Shown: piece after piece, positions 60,034 to 64,000 of the stretch
Position numbering within the stretch: the stretch's first letter is position 1
How the letters are laid out: each line of letters begins with the position of its first letter
Origin: an uncultured Candidatus Saccharibacteria bacterium
GTDB taxonomy: Bacteria > Patescibacteriota > Minisyncoccia > Phycocordibacterales > PALSA-1337
Length of the DNA: 64,000 nucleotides
Direction of reading: 5' to 3'
NCBI GenBank assembly: GCA_964565685.1
Contig: CAZMFR010000001.1
Span: 36,376 to 100,375 of the forward strand
Translations under genes and position numbers: made by a program
The notes under the pieces: model-generated
What the model was told of the DNA's origin: nothing
The model's input: the letters and a program-made list of their open reading frames with translations, nothing else
Databases searched by the model: none

Positions 60034-60831
60034 TTACTGCGGAGTCGTGGAAGCGAATCTCTTGAATCCCTTACCATTCATTCCCCTTGCAAAATCATTC
60101 CCTTTTCCAAAAGCAACCTCCGGCATGATCGTGACCTTTGAAGCAAGGATTTCATTCGTCGAAGTCGTCGTACCTATTACCGCAACCAGGTTCCCGACAG
60201 CGATATCAGAGAATTCCGCTGTCGTGGTGCCCTCTCGAAACGCCGTTCCGGAATCTGTGTCGATCGTCAGCGTCGTAGTGCCAGTTTTTGTCCTTTCGTC
60301 CAGAGCGAACGATGCATCGCCAGTCACCGCAGACACTGATCCAAAAGCCGCCGGTCGAACAAAATTTTTGTCAAAAGCACGAGTCGAGGAAGCAAATGAA
60401 TGGCCGGTAGTGGAACCAATGCGGCCACCCTTTTCCCATGCCGGCGGGCCAGTAGTTTGAGGCAAAACCCCATCGAATATTATTTTTGCATTTATATTAG
60501 TGCCAGAAACGGTGCCTATAACAGCAATTTTGTCGTTGATTTGTATGCTAGAAGCCGTGGTCGTTGCGCCTGATCTCAGGATTTTGGAGTTGGAAGTGTT
60601 TACGGTATAAGTCGTGATAGCCGCGGTAGAACTGGCCTGCACTGTAATAGTCAAGTTGGTCGAATCGTCGACCGATGACACGATTCCGACGATTGGACGA
60701 GCAAATGAAGCATTGCCGCCATGACCAAAGGATCCTCTCGTCGTTGAAGCGGTCTGCGCGCAAGCCGCGCTCGCTACGACTAGAAACCCCACTATGGCGA
60801 CAGCGATTGGAATTTTATTGATGCTTTTCAT
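60034..60831 (-). CDS. secreted DUF5666-like (OB-fold repeat) protein
   Basis: signal peptide; two repeats G.VS.V...T.TV.T..IQINDKIAVIGT / IAVGNLVAVIGT. Confidence 0.8.
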   Translation of the reverse strand: MKSINKIPIAVAIVGFLVVASAACAQTASTTRGSFGHGGNASFARPIVGIVSSVDDSTNLTITVQASSTAAITTYTVNTSNSKILRSGATTTASSIQINDKIAVIGTVSGTNINAKIIFDGVLPQTTGPPAWEKGGRIGSTTGHSFASSTRAFDKNFVRPAAFGSVSAVTGDASFALDERTKTGTTTLTIDTDSGTAFREGTTTAEFSDIAVGNLVAVIGTTTSTNEILASKVTIMPEVAFGKGNDFARGMNGKGFKRFASTTPQ

Positions 60832-60996
60832 ATTTTTATTATTTATGGTTATCTGATAATAAAGACGGCTCTGTCTCATTTTTACGATTTTATTTTTATG
60901 AGAGGTATACGCGGTAGAGCTACGGTCGGGTGCAACCCGTGTACAAGGTAGCACCTTGTACTTTGTTAAAAACCGATTTCAATGTACAATTATGTT

Positions 60997-61563
60997 ATGG
61001 AAAAACCCTTTGCCGAGCGAACCCAAGAGAAAATGCGAGAAGTCCTTATGGATCAATCAGCAGACGGACCGGATGTTCACTATTATATGATTCGTGGCGG
61101 CAAGGAAAAGCTGAACATCACTGTCATGGAGACAGGCACCGTCGGCGGAGAATATATAAAGACCTATGGGCACTACCATGTCTTCGATTTCAAAGAGACT
61201 TACAAAATAATCCACGGCAACGGATTGGTTCTCTTGCAGATCAGAAAAAAGGACGCCAACGGCGATTTTATAGATGACGAGATCTCTTCATTTCAGACAA
61301 TCGAAGTTGGCCCGGGAAGCGTGGTCGAAATCCCCTCTTTTGCCGGACATCTGTTGATCAATACAGGCAAAACGTGGCTCGTCACCAGCGACGACAGCGT
61401 TTTCGATCCGGCAGGCGATTCTTCCAGCATGCCAAAACACGCAGACTACGAAGCGGTCAAGAAAATGCGAGGATTCGCGTATTATGTCATAGAAAAAGAC
61501 GGCAAGCCGTCTTTTATAAAGAATAAAAGATACAAGAACGTGCCAGAAATTGAAATGAAATGA
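60997..61563 (+). CDS. cupin-type (archaeal-like) glucose-6-phosphate isomerase
   Basis: GEYIKTYGHYH, ETY..GNG..LLQ, IPSFAGHLLINTG, GFAYY. Confidence 0.85.
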   Translation: MEKPFAERTQEKMREVLMDQSADGPDVHYYMIRGGKEKLNITVMETGTVGGEYIKTYGHYHVFDFKETYKIIHGNGLVLLQIRKKDANGDFIDDEISSFQTIEVGPGSVVEIPSFAGHLLINTGKTWLVTSDDSVFDPAGDSSSMPKHADYEAVKKMRGFAYYVIEKDGKPSFIKNKRYKNVPEIEMK

Positions 61564-61634
61564 GAGTTTATAAAGCGAATGCGAGCATTCCTGACTTTAC
61601 AACTTTAAGGATTTTATAGGATTTAAGACTGATC

Positions 61635-62990
61635 ATGTCCTACCAACTTCAACCAGACAAAAAAGCATACATAATCGCCGTAGACATGGGCTATGGCCAT
61701 CAGCGCGCCGCTTTCCCCTTGCTTTCGATATCGACCACGCCAAAAGCTTGGAACATCGAAAAGCCATTCATCATAACTGCCAATGATTACCCTTCTATTC
61801 CGCGTTCCGACAAATTCAAATGGTTTTGCACGCGCAAGATATATGAGAGCATATCTAGATTCCAGGGCTTCCCCATCTTTGGCAAGAGGATCTTTCATCT
61901 GATGAGCTATCTGCAAAGGATCGAGCCATTCTATCCGCGACGCGACCTTTCAAAAGCCACTTTTCCCGTAAAGCTCGTATATAGCTTGATCAGGCACGGT
62001 CTAGGTAAACACTTGATCGATGCGTTGAACGAGAATCCACTGGCTATAATCTGCTCTTTCCCTATTCCCGCCCTTTGCGCCGAAGAGCACGGCTACAAAG
62101 GAGAGATCTATTGCTTGTGCACAGACACTGACATAGCGCGCTCTTGGGCGCCTCTACATCCGGAAAAGAGCCGCATCATCTATCTGGCGCCGACGCCTCG
62201 CGCGAAAGAACGGCTGAAGCTCTATGGGATAAGAGAAGAAAAAATAGCAGTCACCGGCTTTCCTTTGCCAAAAGAGGATTCCGACAAAGTCTTGCTTGAA
62301 AACTTGAAAACCAGGATATCAAAGCTGGATCCTAGCGGAATATATCACAAAAAATTCCAAAAGCTTTTGTCGCTCTATCTAGGACGTGGCTTCGTCAAAG
62401 CGAAAAACGAAGGGCCGCTGTCAATCACTTTCGCCATAGGCGGCGCAGGGGCGCAATCGGATATCGCTTTGAAGATCCTAGATTCATTCTCGGAAAAGAT
62501 CCGCAAAGGAGAGGTCCGGCTGAATTTGGTGGCCGGCACCTCCGCCGCGATTATGAAAAGATTCGATAGAGCGGTGCGCAAACTGTTTCTGGAATCTCTC
62601 ACAAATGGATCCGTGACGATCCTGTACAGCTCCGACAAATATGAGTATTTCCGAAGATTCAATGCTCTATTGACCGAAACTGACATTCTCTGGACAAAAC
62701 CGAGCGAGCTGTCTTTTTACGCCGGTCTGGGCTTGCCGATCGTCATGTCGCCGCCGCTCGGTTCGCAGGAAGAATTCAATCGTGCATGGCTTTATATGAT
62801 GGGCGCTGGCTTTGAACAATATGACCCGCGCTATGCCGACGAATGGTTGTTCGATTGGATACGATCCGGCTGGCTGGCAGAGGCCGCCATGAATGGTTTT
62901 TTGAACGCTTCAAAAAATGGCACAGAACATATAATAGATCTTGTCCTCTATGGCAAGAAAACCGAGATCGAAGAGGTTCATTTCGTGTAA
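61635..62990 (+). CDS. GT-B fold glycosyltransferase-like protein
   Basis: DMGYGHQRAA, TDTD, TGFPLP, GGAG, TKPSE, QEEFN resemble MGDG-synthase-like family. Confidence 0.7.
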   Translation: MSYQLQPDKKAYIIAVDMGYGHQRAAFPLLSISTTPKAWNIEKPFIITANDYPSIPRSDKFKWFCTRKIYESISRFQGFPIFGKRIFHLMSYLQRIEPFYPRRDLSKATFPVKLVYSLIRHGLGKHLIDALNENPLAIICSFPIPALCAEEHGYKGEIYCLCTDTDIARSWAPLHPEKSRIIYLAPTPRAKERLKLYGIREEKIAVTGFPLPKEDSDKVLLENLKTRISKLDPSGIYHKKFQKLLSLYLGRGFVKAKNEGPLSITFAIGGAGAQSDIALKILDSFSEKIRKGEVRLNLVAGTSAAIMKRFDRAVRKLFLESLTNGSVTILYSSDKYEYFRRFNALLTETDILWTKPSELSFYAGLGLPIVMSPPLGSQEEFNRAWLYMMGAGFEQYDPRYADEWLFDWIRSGWLAEAAMNGFLNASKNGTEHIIDLVLYGKKTEIEEVHFV

Positions 62991-63119
62991 AATGCTCGTC
63001 TAAAGTCTACTGATCTTCATACGATCTTTGCGCTTTTTTGTGCTTATGGATCCGGCTTGCAATTACTTTCTTATCCTATATAGTGAAAACAGGAACGGTG
63101 AACTTTTACAAAAAAATAT

Positions 63120-64000
63120 ATGAATTATTATCCAAAACATTATTGTGGAATATTTGGCGTCAAAGACATGCCAAATGCGGCAGAATTGGCCTACTATGGA
63201 CTATACGCTTTGCAACATCGCGGCCAAGAAAGCGCCGGCATCGTCAGCACGAACGGGAAAAGCTTTTACGAACACAAGGGCATGGGGCTGGTGCCAAACA
63301 TCTTTACAGGATCGGTCTTGCAAGCTCTCGGCGGAAATACAGTAAAGATGGCTATTGGGCACAATCGATATTCTACTGCCGGCGGATCGGAGATAAAGAA
63401 CGCCCAACCGCTGTCGGTAGAATGCAAATTCGGACCTATCGCGCTCGCACATAACGGCAACCTGACTAACACCCGCCCCCTGCGCGCAGAGCTGGAGAGC
63501 CATGGAGCATTATTCCGGACGACTACGGACAGCGAGATAATGCTGATCCTCTTGGCGCAATCAGATGCATCTTCACTTGACCAAGCCATCCTCGATATGA
63601 TGGAAAGAGTCGAAGGTGCATATTCCCTCGTCATCATGACGAGGGACGCTCTCATCGCCGTGCGTGATCCGCATGGGTTTCGACCGTTATCGCTCGGCAC
63701 ATTGGATGGAAATCCAGTCGTAGCCAGCGAAACATGCGCATTCGACGTCATAAACGCGCGCTTTGAACGAGAGGTAAAACCGGGCGAGGTGGTCATATTC
63801 GAAGGAAACAAGACGCGTATGCTCACGGCGCAAAATCAGTCAGAGAAAAAACCGGAAAGATCCTTCTGTGCGTTCGAATACGTATACTTTGCCAGACCAG
63901 ATAGCATCATGGGAGGCAGAGACATCTACAGCGTGCGCTTCGCAATGGGAGAAAGACTTGCCAATGAATATCCAATCGATGCGGATATCATAGTGCCGAT
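63120..64000 (+). CDS. purF: amidophosphoribosyltransferase (partial, runs off window; missing from ORF track)
   Basis: MNYYPKHY/CGIFG, ALQHRGQESAG, GHNRYST, HNGN, RDPHGFRPL, FEYVYFARPDS. Confidence 0.95.
   Translation, partial: MNYYPKHYCGIFGVKDMPNAAELAYYGLYALQHRGQESAGIVSTNGKSFYEHKGMGLVPNIFTGSVLQALGGNTVKMAIGHNRYSTAGGSEIKNAQPLSVECKFGPIALAHNGNLTNTRPLRAELESHGALFRTTTDSEIMLILLAQSDASSLDQAILDMMERVEGAYSLVIMTRDALIAVRDPHGFRPLSLGTLDGNPVVASETCAFDVINARFEREVKPGEVVIFEGNKTRMLTAQNQSEKKPERSFCAFEYVYFARPDSIMGGRDIYSVRFAMGERLANEYPIDADIIVP

Noticed and set aside
3811-60961. CRISPR array interpretation of the 21-bp palindromes
   Set aside because: Copies are dispersed singly or in pairs, with no regular spacers and no cas genes
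1-64000. Alternative genetic code (UGA=Gly) and tRNA/rRNA genes
   Set aside because: Conserved genes such as rpoD end normally at TGA and ORFs are intact in code 11; no tRNA cloverleaf or rRNA sequence was recognised

Overview
Chromosomal segment of a small-genome bacterium, most likely Patescibacteria/CPR (Parcubacteria-like). This is inferred from several type IV pilins with pilB/pilC, a stand-alone VirD4-like ATPase, shortened RF1, L31 type B, cupin PGI and many apparently leaderless genes. Most of the window is housekeeping: typA, truB-like, ilvE, hisS, a UvrD-nuclease, rpoD, dnaG, mnmA, mltG, prfA, groESL, secG, rnj and a partial purF. The notable signals lie outside the ORF track. (1) Two orphan ribonuclease-toxin-like genes (MazF/PemK and a PBECR/RelE-like protein) are each faced by a convergent consensus sigma70 promoter driving a small structured RNA that stops at the toxin stop codon, a candidate RNA-antitoxin system. 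(2) A ~345-nt highly structured minus-strand RNA resembles an expanded raiA-motif RNA, with a second ~210-nt rod-like RNA nearby. (3) A 43-bp direct-repeat promoter box is shared by a pilin, pilB and mazF, and partly by a histidine kinase, suggesting an OmpR-type pilus regulon. (4) At least 18 copies of a 21-bp palindrome, plus other mini-palindromes, are present; many sit in frame inside conserved proteins. (5) Diderm-style proteins (PEP-CTERM, beta-barrel-like) occur in a presumed monoderm episymbiont. All calls come from reading the sequence; no searches were run.
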